From NCBI GenBank assembly GCA_903839615.1, contig CAIMCX010000105.1:1-45995 (forward strand): a stretch of DNA of 45,995 nt, in the 5' to 3' direction. Below the pieces are notes generated by a model. It was not told where the DNA came from. It did not search any database and saw only the letters and a program-made list of their open reading frames with translations. This stretch comes from an uncultured bacterium. GTDB taxonomy: Bacteria; Bipolaricaulota; Bipolaricaulia; UBA7950; UBA9294. The position numbers and the translations under genes were made by a program. This document shows, one piece after another, positions 29,178 to 37,378 of the stretch. Position 1 is the stretch's first letter, and each line of letters starts with the position of its first letter.

Positions 29178-29669
29178 ATGCGTATTCGACAGTTCGGCGA
29201 CCCGACACTCCGCCGCCCGGCGGAGCCAGTGACCGAGATCGACGCGGAAGTCCGCGCCATCTGCGCTACGATGGTTGAGGCGATGCTCCGTGCGAACGGT
29301 GCCGGCTTGGCTGCGCCCCAGATCGGGATCTCGAAGCGAATCATCGTGCTCGACGTCGAAGGCCAATTCCATGTCCTCATCAACCCCGAGCTCGTCCTCG
29401 TCGAAGGCGAGACGGAGGAGCTATCGGAAGGCTGTTTGAGCCTGCCGGGCGTCAGCGCTCCGGTGACGCGGGGAAGTCGAGCGACGATCGCCGGAACGAC
29501 ACTCGACGGCGAGCGAATCGAGATCACCGGAGAGGGTCTCCTCGCCCGCGCAATTCAGCATGAGATGGATCACCTGAACGGCCACCTGTTCATCGATCAC
29601 TTGACTCCGGCGCGGCGAAAGAGCGCCGTCCAGGAGTACAAGAGAAAGCAGAAGCATGAGGAGGCCTAG
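29178..29669 (+). CDS. def: Peptide deformylase
   Basis: MRIRQFGDPTLR, GLAAPQIG, EGCLSLPG, QHEMDHLNG. Confidence 0.9.
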   Translation: MRIRQFGDPTLRRPAEPVTEIDAEVRAICATMVEAMLRANGAGLAAPQIGISKRIIVLDVEGQFHVLINPELVLVEGETEELSEGCLSLPGVSAPVTRGSRATIAGTTLDGERIEITGEGLLARAIQHEMDHLNGHLFIDHLTPARRKSAVQEYKRKQKHEEA

Positions 29670-30589
29670 TGCGCGTCGCCTTCCTCGGAACGTCCCCGTT
29701 CGCCGTCCCCGCCTTGCGGGCGCTCGCCAAGCGGCATGAGATCGTCCTCGTGGTGAGTCAGCCGGACCGACCCGTCGGCCGGCACGCCGTCGTCGCGCCG
29801 ACACCGGTCAAGTACGCAGCGACCGAACTCGGAGCCCCCGTCTTCCAGCCGGAGCGGATCAATCGAGAGGACTCCGTCGCCGCGCTTCGCGCGGCCCAAC
29901 CCGATGTCCTCGTCGTGGCTGCGTACGGTCAGCTCCTCCGTTCTGCCGTATTTGACCTTGCACCGAACGGCGCGATCAATATCCACGCGTCGCTCCTTCC
30001 TCTCTACCGCGGCGCCGCGCCGGTCAATTGGGCCATTGTCCGCGGTGAGACGACAACGGGAATCACGACATTCCGGATCGATGCGGGGATGGACACCGGC
30101 CCGATCTTCCTTCTGCGCCCGCTCGCCGTGGGGCCCGATGAGACCGCCGGTGAGCTGGAGCAGCGGCTCGCCGAGCTCGGGGCTCGAGTCATCCTCGAGA
30201 CGTTGGACGAGCTCGCAGCGGGAACGCTCGCGCCGAGGCCGCAGCCTGAGGGGGAGACGGCCGCCCCTCGGCTCGGCCGTGACGACGGTCGAATCGACTG
30301 GTCTCGCCCGGCGCGCGACGTCCGCAATCTCGTGCGAGGGATGAACCCATGGCCCGGAGCCTGGACGATGCTTCACGGATCGCGGATCAAGATCCATCAA
30401 GCGGCATCGACCGAGATCGGTTCGGGATCGCTCGAGCCCGGGCGCGTCGGGCCCCGCGAGAGCGGACGCCTCCTCGTCGCATGTGGCGACCGCTTGCTGG
30501 AGATTCGGGAGATCCAGCGGGAAGGACGGCCGACAACGTCAGGTCCCGAGTTTCTGAACAGCCTCGTGCGAGGCGACGTCTTCGAGTGA
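29669..30589 (+). CDS. fmt: Methionyl-tRNA formyltransferase
   Basis: (V)RVAFLGTSPFAVPAL, SQPDRPVGR, INIHASLLPLYRGAAP. The GTG start shares 1 nt with the def TAG (TAGTG). Confidence 0.9.
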   Translation: MRVAFLGTSPFAVPALRALAKRHEIVLVVSQPDRPVGRHAVVAPTPVKYAATELGAPVFQPERINREDSVAALRAAQPDVLVVAAYGQLLRSAVFDLAPNGAINIHASLLPLYRGAAPVNWAIVRGETTTGITTFRIDAGMDTGPIFLLRPLAVGPDETAGELEQRLAELGARVILETLDELAAGTLAPRPQPEGETAAPRLGRDDGRIDWSRPARDVRNLVRGMNPWPGAWTMLHGSRIKIHQAASTEIGSGSLEPGRVGPRESGRLLVACGDRLLEIREIQREGRPTTSGPEFLNSLVRGDVFE

Positions 30590-30991
30590 CGGGAACAGGC
30601 CGAGGAGCCCGTTCGACTCGCGGCGACGGTCGAGAGCGATCCCGGGGATGAGGAGTAGCGCTATCTCCGCCGTGTTTGCAACCGTTGCCGCCAGAAGATG
30701 CCCACCGTGCGCGACTCCATCGCGTCCAGCAGTCGACACGTGGCAGTGGACGGCGCGTCCGTCGGCGGACCGTGCGATCGTTCCCTGCATGGAGATGAGC
30801 TCGACGGGGTTCTCGATCTCCTTTTCCTCGTAGGTCCGACCGTTCCAATATCCGAATCGAAGCGCACGCAGCATCCCGATGGCTCCGACGATCACCGCCG
30901 AATCGATGTCAATTTCGCGCAGCGACTGCACGAGATCCTCGCCATCGACGAGGCGTACGATGGCCTCCCTTCCGTTCGTCACGCGGATCAT
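30539..30991 (-). CDS. PPC/DUF296 domain protein (PCC family, function unknown)
   Basis: The ~140-aa pattern EAIVRLVDGEDLVQSL...AVIVGAIGMLRAL...ELISMQGTI......HCHVS.A..DG...GGHL matches the DUF296 layout. Its 3' end overlaps the fmt 3' end. Confidence 0.65.
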   Translation of the reverse strand: MIRVTNGREAIVRLVDGEDLVQSLREIDIDSAVIVGAIGMLRALRFGYWNGRTYEEKEIENPVELISMQGTIARSADGRAVHCHVSTAGRDGVAHGGHLLAATVANTAEIALLLIPGIALDRRRESNGLLGLFPSLEDVASHEAVQKLGT

Positions 30992-31019
30992 TGTCTCACC
31001 TCCGCGGAATCATAGCCGC

Positions 31020-31049
31020 TTGCTCCCGTCGCGCTCGCTCTTCTATCCT
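31020..31049 (+). promoter_or_regulatory. Possible promoter for nth-pncC-flippase-like genes, near-leaderless
   Basis: TTGCTC, 18-nt spacer, TATCCT, then 8 nt to ATG 31058. No SD is visible. Confidence 0.3.
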
Positions 31050-31057
31050 CAGGCATC

Positions 31058-31717
31058 ATGCAGCGGCAAGCGGCGGAATGGATTCGAGACCAACTTGTCG
31101 GCGCCTTCGGGCTGCCCAAGGCGCCCGATCAAGATCCAGTTGAGCTGCTGGTCACGACGATCCTGTCCCAGAACACGAACGACGCGAATCGGGACCGCGC
31201 CTACAGCTCTCTCCTCGCCACGTTCGGCTCTCTCGAGTGCGTCGCCGATGCGAGCGAAGCAGCGATCGCATCGGCCATTCGCGTCGCCGGGCTCCAGGCG
31301 CAGAAGGCGCGCACTCTTCGCGACGCGCTGCGGCGAGTCCGGGCCAAGGTCGGGCGGTTGGACCTCGGCTTTCTCGCGCGCATGTCGCCGGAGGATGCCC
31401 TCTCCTGGCTCGAGGAATCTCGCGGCATTGGGCCGAAGACCGCGTCCATTGTCCTCCTCTTCTCGTTCCGCCGCCCGTTTCTGCCCGTCGATACGCATGT
31501 CGGACGCGTGCTTCGCCGCATCGGCGCCATCTCGGCAAGCGGAGACGCCTTCCGCCATGCAAACGAGGCCCTTCCTCGCGACGCCGGACTCCTCCTCGAC
31601 CTTCACCTCTTGCTCATCCAGTTGGGGCGCACGCTATGCCGCCCGCGCCGGCCAGCGTGCGCGTCCTGTCCTCTTCTCAGGCGGTGCGAGCACGGGCGCA
31701 CTGCAGCGGAGACGTGA
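31058..31717 (+). CDS. nth: Endonuclease III family (HhH-GPD) DNA glycosylase with a 4Fe-4S cluster loop
   Basis: LVTTILSQNTND, HhH GIGPKTASIVLLF, PVDTHVGRV, C-terminal CRPRRPACASCPLLRRC (C-X6-C-X2-C-X5-C). Confidence 0.85.
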   Translation: MQRQAAEWIRDQLVGAFGLPKAPDQDPVELLVTTILSQNTNDANRDRAYSSLLATFGSLECVADASEAAIASAIRVAGLQAQKARTLRDALRRVRAKVGRLDLGFLARMSPEDALSWLEESRGIGPKTASIVLLFSFRRPFLPVDTHVGRVLRRIGAISASGDAFRHANEALPRDAGLLLDLHLLLIQLGRTLCRPRRPACASCPLLRRCEHGRTAAET

Positions 31718-32241
31718 TGCCGATGATGCGGCCTAAGGAGAGTGCGACCGAGCTTGTTCGCGATCTCGCGGAGGCGCTCGCCAAGCGCGGATGGACCCTG
31801 GCGGTGGCCGAGTCGTGCACCGGCGGCTCTCTCGGAGCCGCCATCACCGATCGAGCGGGAAGCTCGGCCTACTTTCTCGGCGGCATTGTCGCCTATGACA
31901 ACCGGCTCAAGCGCGACCTCCTCGGTGTGCCCGACGGGGACCTCGATCGCTACGGCGCCGTCAGCCTTGCAGTCGCAGAACGGATGGCCACGGGATGCCA
32001 ACGGCGAGTCGGCTCCGACCTCGCCGTGTCCATCACCGGCATCGCCGGACCGGGCGGTGCCACTCCGGGCAAGCCGGTGGGACTTGTGTTCATCGGCATC
32101 GCCACCGGAACCGCAGGGCACGCGGAGGAGTACCACTTCTCGGGTGACCGCGCGGACGTGCGCCGCCAGGCTGTGGAAGCCGCGTTGCGCCTCGCGCTTC
32201 ACGCGGCGCGCAGTCTTGATGGGACGCAGAGCTACCGCTAG
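31717..32241 (+). CDS. pncC: CinA C-terminal domain protein (nicotinamide-nucleotide amidohydrolase PncC family)
   Basis: ORF 31237-32241 trimmed to ATG 31717 (TGATG overlap with the nth stop). LAVAESCTGGSLGAAITD..GSS.YF.GGIVAYDN, AVSITGIAGPGG. Confidence 0.75.
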   Translation: MPMMRPKESATELVRDLAEALAKRGWTLAVAESCTGGSLGAAITDRAGSSAYFLGGIVAYDNRLKRDLLGVPDGDLDRYGAVSLAVAERMATGCQRRVGSDLAVSITGIAGPGGATPGKPVGLVFIGIATGTAGHAEEYHFSGDRADVRRQAVEAALRLALHAARSLDGTQSYR

Positions 32242-32250
32242 ACTGCGCCC

Positions 32251-33339
32251 ATGAAGCCCCCGCTGCGCAATACCCTCAATTTCGTCGGCTCGGTCCTAAT
32301 CGGAGCTGCAAGCATTAGCCTTGTTCTCTACTTCGTTGGATGGCGGGCGACGCTTGATGCCATGCGGGCGCTGACCGTCGTCGGCATTCTCGAGGTCTTC
32401 GGAACCGTCGCTCTGACCGTGGGGGCGTGGGTTATCGGTTGGCGAATTATCCTGCGAGCCTACGGAATTCGAACCCCGTTCCGGCGGGTCATCGGAGCGC
32501 GGCTCAGCATGTTCGCCGTGTCGTACCTCACTCCTACCCTCTACTTCGGCGGCGAACCGTTCGGGGCGTTCCTCGTGGCGGACAAAGAGACGGCTCCCCT
32601 GACGCGCGTGTTTGCGACGATCATCGTCGAGCGCTTCCTCCTGGGCGTGAGCTTGACCCTGTTCATGCTGGTCGGCGGCTTCTACGCCGCCACGTCGCCG
32701 GCCATCACGCTGAGCGAGAAGCGCGCGTGCATCGCCGGGCTCGGCTTCATCGCGGCATGGATCCTCATCGGGCTCGTCAACTTCGCCTGGAATCTGAAAT
32801 GGGTGAGCCGGATCATGCGCTGGCTCGGCCGCGTCGTGCCGCGCTGGCAGGAGCGGCTCACGCGAGCCGCGGCCAAGATGTCCGAGACCGAGGACGAGGT
32901 GAGCTACGCCTTCACGCGCCACAGGAAGGCAACGTTCCTCGCATTCCTCGTGCAGATCGTGACGACGGTCCTCACGTTCCTCCGGCCTCAGGTGTTCTTC
33001 GGCGCCTCGCTCGGGATGCGGTTCTCGATCTCGCAGCTCTCGATCATCTACTCCCTCTACATCCTGATGGGTTTCCTCTTCTGGATCACGCCGGGGGGAC
33101 TAGGGACAAGCGAGGCGGCATCCATCGGCATGTTTCGCTTGGTCGCTCCAACGATCACAACCGGGCAGGCCGTCGCCTACTCCCTGACGTTCAAGCTGGT
33201 CGAGGCGGTCTTCGTCGCGATCGGCGTCTGGTACCTCATGCAACGCGGGCTCCATTTCCTCGAGCGGAGGGCGGTCGGGTCGGCCCATCTCGCGGAAGAG
33301 GATCTTCCGAGAAAGGACCGGAATAAGCCCCCGAGCTAG
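32251..33339 (+). CDS. Flippase-like membrane protein (UPF0104 / lysyl-PG-synthase TM-region family)
   Basis: Polytopic (~8 TM) with a family-like layout: N-terminal TM followed by an amphipathic segment, GGEPFGAFLV, IIVERFL. Confidence 0.6.
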   Translation: MKPPLRNTLNFVGSVLIGAASISLVLYFVGWRATLDAMRALTVVGILEVFGTVALTVGAWVIGWRIILRAYGIRTPFRRVIGARLSMFAVSYLTPTLYFGGEPFGAFLVADKETAPLTRVFATIIVERFLLGVSLTLFMLVGGFYAATSPAITLSEKRACIAGLGFIAAWILIGLVNFAWNLKWVSRIMRWLGRVVPRWQERLTRAAAKMSETEDEVSYAFTRHRKATFLAFLVQIVTTVLTFLRPQVFFGASLGMRFSISQLSIIYSLYILMGFLFWITPGGLGTSEAASIGMFRLVAPTITTGQAVAYSLTFKLVEAVFVAIGVWYLMQRGLHFLERRAVGSAHLAEEDLPRKDRNKPPS

Positions 33340-34154
33340 GGAATCGGCGAAAACCGATCCGACGCGAGTGTCGCCGCGCCAAGCAGCCCAAGGAGTCCTC
33401 CCATGAGGGCACCGAGCAGGAGCGAGACCAGGCCGACAGCCACCATGCGTGTCACGTCAAGCGCCTGGCCCGCACCGGTCTCTGAGATCGACAGCCCGTA
33501 GAGCGCGAGAGCGACGGCGAGCAGCACTCCGGCGAGAAACCCGATCAGGAGCCCGGTCACCTCGACCGCCGCAACGATCTGGCGCTCCGAGACACCGGAC
33601 AGCCGCATGAGACGGATCTCATGTCGGAACGCGTAGAGAAGCGTGCGGAAGCCTTCTCGCGCAAAGAGGAGAGCGAGCAGAGCGCAGACTACGAGGCCGC
33701 AGAGAAGCCCGATGCGGGCGTTCGGCGACAGCGCCGTCCCCCCTGAGCCGCTCGCTGATTCCACAGACACGATCCCATTCGTGGCTCGCAGCGCGGCTGC
33801 CAGCCCCGCAACTTGCCCTGCGGAACGGGCAATCACCGTGAAGTGCCCGCCCGTCTGCTCGGACGTGATCTGCTCGGGAAGGCTGTAGTGAACGCTTTGG
33901 ACGTCGGGGCGATCTACGAGTTGAAGGTACGTTGTGTTGATCGACGCGGGGGTGAGTCGGGGAGAGACGTATGCCACGAGCTCGTTCGCGCCGAGACTGC
34001 CCGGCGACACGGCCGACGCGGCCGGAAGTAGGAAGAGCGCAGCGAAGCAGCCAAGGAAGAGGAGGAGAGCCAAGAGCGCGCACGCGAACAGAGTCGCGCT
34101 GCGCACGCGGATCGTGCCGAGGAGCTCGCGCTCGAGGAAGAGGAAGCCGCTCAC
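33336..34154 (-). CDS. ftsX: FtsX-like permease (cell-division ABC transporter membrane component)
   Basis: One TM, a ~100-aa extracytoplasmic domain, then three C-terminal TMs. Start set to GTG 34154, overlapping the ftsE stop (GTGA). The longer ATG 34199 would overlap ftsE by 49 nt. Confidence 0.75.
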   Translation of the reverse strand: MSGFLFLERELLGTIRVRSATLFACALLALLLFLGCFAALFLLPAASAVSPGSLGANELVAYVSPRLTPASINTTYLQLVDRPDVQSVHYSLPEQITSEQTGGHFTVIARSAGQVAGLAAALRATNGIVSVESASGSGGTALSPNARIGLLCGLVVCALLALLFAREGFRTLLYAFRHEIRLMRLSGVSERQIVAAVEVTGLLIGFLAGVLLAVALALYGLSISETGAGQALDVTRMVAVGLVSLLLGALMGGLLGLLGAATLASDRFSPIP

Positions 34155-34804
34155 GGTGAAGTCACCTTCCCGTCCCGAAGTGAGAACGCTCGGTCGCACG
34201 CCGCCGAGCGCGGAATCGGTCCCCGCGTCGCAATCACGAGCGTCGAGCGCCCATCGCGGATCTTCGAGAGCAGCATCCCCACACTCTCCTGCTCGTCCGG
34301 ATCGAGCCCGTCAAACGGCTCGTCGAGAAGGAGCAGAAGCGGCGAGTTGCAGAGCGCGAGCGCGAGCCCAAGCCGGACGCGTTCGACGGGAGGAAGGTCC
34401 TCGGCTTCCGTCGCCCGTTCGCGAATAAGCCCTACGGTCTCGAGGGCCAAGAGCGCCTGTTCGTCCGCCTCCTCCCGATCGTTGCCAAGGACGCGAAGCT
34501 TGAACAGAAGGTTGTCGAAGACAGTCCTCGGCAGCGGGGAGAATCCCTGGGGAAGGAACCCGATCCGTCGGCGCAACTCGAGCGCACGTTCTCGACTCAG
34601 ACGAGCGACGTTCCGCCCGTGCACGAGGATCTGGCCGCGTTGCGGTGGCACCACCGTGCCGAGGAGTCCGAGCAGGAGAGTCTTCCCGGATGACGCGGGC
34701 CCGACAAGGTAGACGGCCTGACCCGGGTCGACGTGAAGGTGGACGTCCTCGAGAACCTTGAGTCCGTCCTCAGTGGAGAAGTGAAGTTCGGAGACCTGGA
34801 TCAT
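34151..34804 (-). CDS. ftsE: FtsE-like ABC ATPase with degenerate signature and H-loop motifs
   Basis: Walker A GPASSGKT, Q-loop FLPQG and Walker B LLLLDEP are present. The signature reads LPPVERVRL instead of LSGGEQQRV, and the H-loop reads IATRG instead of ATHD. The ATG overlaps the prmC stop (ATGA). Confidence 0.75.
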   Translation of the reverse strand: MIQVSELHFSTEDGLKVLEDVHLHVDPGQAVYLVGPASSGKTLLLGLLGTVVPPQRGQILVHGRNVARLSRERALELRRRIGFLPQGFSPLPRTVFDNLLFKLRVLGNDREEADEQALLALETVGLIRERATEAEDLPPVERVRLGLALALCNSPLLLLLDEPFDGLDPDEQESVGMLLSKIRDGRSTLVIATRGPIPRSAACDRAFSLRDGKVTSP

Positions 34805-35682
34805 GCTGGCCTCCGCGCCAGGGCGAAGCGTTCGAGCCCGGCTAGATCCAGCTCCACCGTCACATCCTCGAGCCCGATCTCGGCAAGCAGGCAGGAGACG
34901 CGCTCGCCTTGCCCATGTCCAATCTCGAGGAGAAGCTGCCCGTCTCCCTCGAGATGCTCGCCCACTCCGGAGACGAGCGCGCGGATTTGCTCCATTCCGT
35001 CCGTTCCGCCATCCAGGGCCACGCGAGGCTCGTGGTCGCGAACCTCCGAGGCGAGCCCGTCGATCGCGCCGGACTCAACGTACGGCGGGTTGGACACGAT
35101 GAGATCGAAGCGACCGCTGACGTCCGTGAACCAGTTGCTCTCCTGGAACGCCACGCGATCGGCGACTCCGTTCAGCGTCGCGTTCTCTCGCGCCAAGTCG
35201 AGCGCCTGACGCGAGACGTCCACCGCGACGACGGAGGCGCGCGGGAGGTATCGAGCGAGGCAGACAGCGAGGACGCCGCTCCCTGTGCCGAGATCGAGAC
35301 AGCGAACATCCCGATCCCGGGCGACAAGCCGAAGGGTGCGGTCGAGCAGTTCCTCCGTCTCGCCGCGAGGAATCAACGCATCGCGGCGGACCTTGAATCG
35401 CAGCCCGAAGAACGTCACTTCGCCGATCAGGTGCTGCAGAGGAACGCCCGCGCGGCGTTTCTGAATGAACGTCTTGAACTTAGCGCGCTCGTCCACGGTC
35501 AGAGGCTTGTCGGGAGAGAGGTACAGGTGAAGCCGTTCTACGTCGAGCGCGTGCGCAAGAAGGATCTCGGCCTCAAGACGCGGCTGGATAATCCCGGCAT
35601 CCTCGAAATACCCGCGAGTCCAATTCAACACCTCGCGGATCGTCCACTCGGCAGACAGCGTCCTCTCCCCCCCCACCGGCAC
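34801..35682 (-). CDS. prmC: Release-factor glutamine N5-methyltransferase PrmC/HemK
   Basis: PRLEAEILLAHAL, DLGTGSGVLAV, NPPYV. The longest ORF starts at GTG 35757 and would read through an AT-rich promoter island. GTG 35682 (preceded by GGAGCGG) gives a typical ~293-aa protein. The start is uncertain. Confidence 0.8.
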   Translation of the reverse strand: MPVGGERTLSAEWTIREVLNWTRGYFEDAGIIQPRLEAEILLAHALDVERLHLYLSPDKPLTVDERAKFKTFIQKRRAGVPLQHLIGEVTFFGLRFKVRRDALIPRGETEELLDRTLRLVARDRDVRCLDLGTGSGVLAVCLARYLPRASVVAVDVSRQALDLARENATLNGVADRVAFQESNWFTDVSGRFDLIVSNPPYVESGAIDGLASEVRDHEPRVALDGGTDGMEQIRALVSGVGEHLEGDGQLLLEIGHGQGERVSCLLAEIGLEDVTVELDLAGLERFALARRPA

Positions 35683-35706
35683 CCCGAACAGCCGCTCCGG
35701 CCCAAT

Positions 35707-35735
35707 ACAATAGCGAAAGCTTGTAGCCAATTCAA
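35707..35735 (-). promoter_or_regulatory. Sigma70-type promoter for prmC-ftsE-ftsX
   Basis: Minus strand: TTGAAT (35735-35730), 17-nt spacer, TATTGT (35712-35707). Confidence 0.5.
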
Positions 35736-35749
35736 GCAATGCATATAAT
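35721..35749 (+). promoter_or_regulatory. Sigma70-type promoter for the yacL-like / lipoprotein / ispD string
   Basis: TTGTAG (35721-35726), 17-nt spacer, TATAAT (35744-35749). It interleaves with the divergent prmC promoter. Confidence 0.55.
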
Positions 35750-35807
35750 CTGCGCACTTGCGGAGATCGGGGCCCGCGAGTTGCGTCTCTGTCGCGTGGG
35801 TGCTGCC

Positions 35808-36887
35808 ATGGTCGTTCGAGTTCTCTTTGTCGTGAGCTGTCTCGTCCTCGGGGGTGGGGTAGCCGCCGCGAACCTCGTGCTGCCCGCTGGAATGGGCCTC
35901 ACGTCGTGGGCTGCGAGCACTCTCGCCGGCGCGCTCGTTGGGGCGATCGCGGGAGCCCTTCTCCTCTTGGCGTGGCGACGGCTGTCTCGCGCCTCCCACG
36001 AAGCCATTGCCGTTGTCAGATTCCAAAACGGACTCATCAGCGGAGCTGTGGGAACCCTGGTCGGCTTTGCGCTCCGCTCCGCCGTGAAGGGGCTCTTCCC
36101 GCCCTCCCCCGGCGTCTCGATCGCCGGAGGCATCCTCGTCGGGGGGCTCGCCCTCTTCTCCCTTGGGACAGGCCTCTCGCTTGCCACACCGCTCTGGACC
36201 CAGTCAACGCAAGACGAGGATGCGCGAAGGGCGAGAGCCCGGCAGCGAGCCCTCGGCACAAGCAAGGTCCTCGACACGAGCGTCATTATCGATGGGCGCA
36301 TCGGCGACCTCTTAACCACCGGGTTCATCGAGGGGGAGATTCTGATCCCTGAGTTCGTCCTGGATGAGCTGCAGGGCATCGCGGACTCGACCGACGCTCT
36401 GCGCCGGAGAAAGGGACGCCGGGGCTTTGAGATCCTTCGCCAGCTGATGGAGGACGACCGCGTCGCCATTCGTGTTGTGGCGCGAGACTACCCCTCGATC
36501 GCCGAAGTCGATCGTAAGCTGATTCGCCTCGCGAAGGAGGAGAATGCGGTTCTCGTGACGACGGACTACAATTTGAATCGCGTCGCCCAGCTGGAGGGAA
36601 TCGGGATTCTCAACATCAACGAGCTGGCCAGTGCGGTCAAACCCCGCTTCGTGCCTGGCGAACAGCTCGACGTTGAGATTACCGATCGAGGTGCCGAGAT
36701 CAACCAAGGCGTCGGCTATCTCGACGACGGGACGATGATCGTCGTGGAAAACGGCCGACGCCACATCGGGCGGACCATCAAGGCCACGGTCAAGAGCACG
36801 CTGCAGACCGACGCGGGGCGGATGCTGTTCGCCGAACCGGCGAATGAAGCTCCCCCACGCTGGGAGAAGGAGAGAGAGGCGCGATGA
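35808..36887 (+). CDS. Membrane-anchored PIN + TRAM domain protein (YacL family)
   Basis: Four N-terminal TM segments. PIN domain: KVLDTSVIIDGRI..., VTTDYNLNRVAQLEGI.ILNINELA. TRAM domain: GEQLDVEITDRGAE.NQGVGYLDDGTMIVVENG. Start at ATG 35808 (or GTG 35796), downstream of the predicted TSS. Confidence 0.8.
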   Translation: MVVRVLFVVSCLVLGGGVAAANLVLPAGMGLTSWAASTLAGALVGAIAGALLLLAWRRLSRASHEAIAVVRFQNGLISGAVGTLVGFALRSAVKGLFPPSPGVSIAGGILVGGLALFSLGTGLSLATPLWTQSTQDEDARRARARQRALGTSKVLDTSVIIDGRIGDLLTTGFIEGEILIPEFVLDELQGIADSTDALRRRKGRRGFEILRQLMEDDRVAIRVVARDYPSIAEVDRKLIRLAKEENAVLVTTDYNLNRVAQLEGIGILNINELASAVKPRFVPGEQLDVEITDRGAEINQGVGYLDDGTMIVVENGRRHIGRTIKATVKSTLQTDAGRMLFAEPANEAPPRWEKEREAR

Positions 36888-37378
36888 ACGGACGCTTGAT
36901 CCTTCTAGTTCTTCTCGCCGCTCTATGTGTGTCGATCGCCGGGTGTTCCCTGGGGGGAGACCAAGGACCGGCGTTGACGAGCCTCGAGCCCGCGGTGTCG
37001 CCGGACGGACTCCGCTTGGCCTACGAGTCAGCGGTGGATGGCCGGCTCAAGCTCTTTGTGCGCGACCTCACGACCGGCGCAACGCAGCAGGTGACCACCG
37101 ATGTGACCGACGACTTCTCCCCCACGTGGTCGCCGGACGGAACGCACATCGCCTTCGCCTCGAATCGGGAGAAGAACAACGTGGACATCTACACGTTTGA
37201 TCTCTCGACGCATGAAGTCCAACGAGTGACGACGGGCGCGGGGAGCGACATGTATCCGGCGTGGTCGGCGAACGGCCGGATCTACTTCAACTCCGATGAG
37301 ACGAAGGCTTGGCTCGTGTACTCCATCCTGCCCGACGGGAGCGACCTCGTCCTCGTGACACCGAGCGCAACTCCATGA
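36884..37378 (+). CDS. Small lipoprotein with three TolB/PD40-type beta-propeller blades
   Basis: Lipobox LAALCVSIAG-C. Three PD40-like repeats: SPDGLRLAYES...LFVRDLTTG; SPTWSPDGTHIAFASN....DIYTFDLST; YPAWSANGRIYFNSD. ATGA overlaps occur at both ends. Confidence 0.7.
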   Translation: MNGRLILLVLLAALCVSIAGCSLGGDQGPALTSLEPAVSPDGLRLAYESAVDGRLKLFVRDLTTGATQQVTTDVTDDFSPTWSPDGTHIAFASNREKNNVDIYTFDLSTHEVQRVTTGAGSDMYPAWSANGRIYFNSDETKAWLVYSILPDGSDLVLVTPSATP

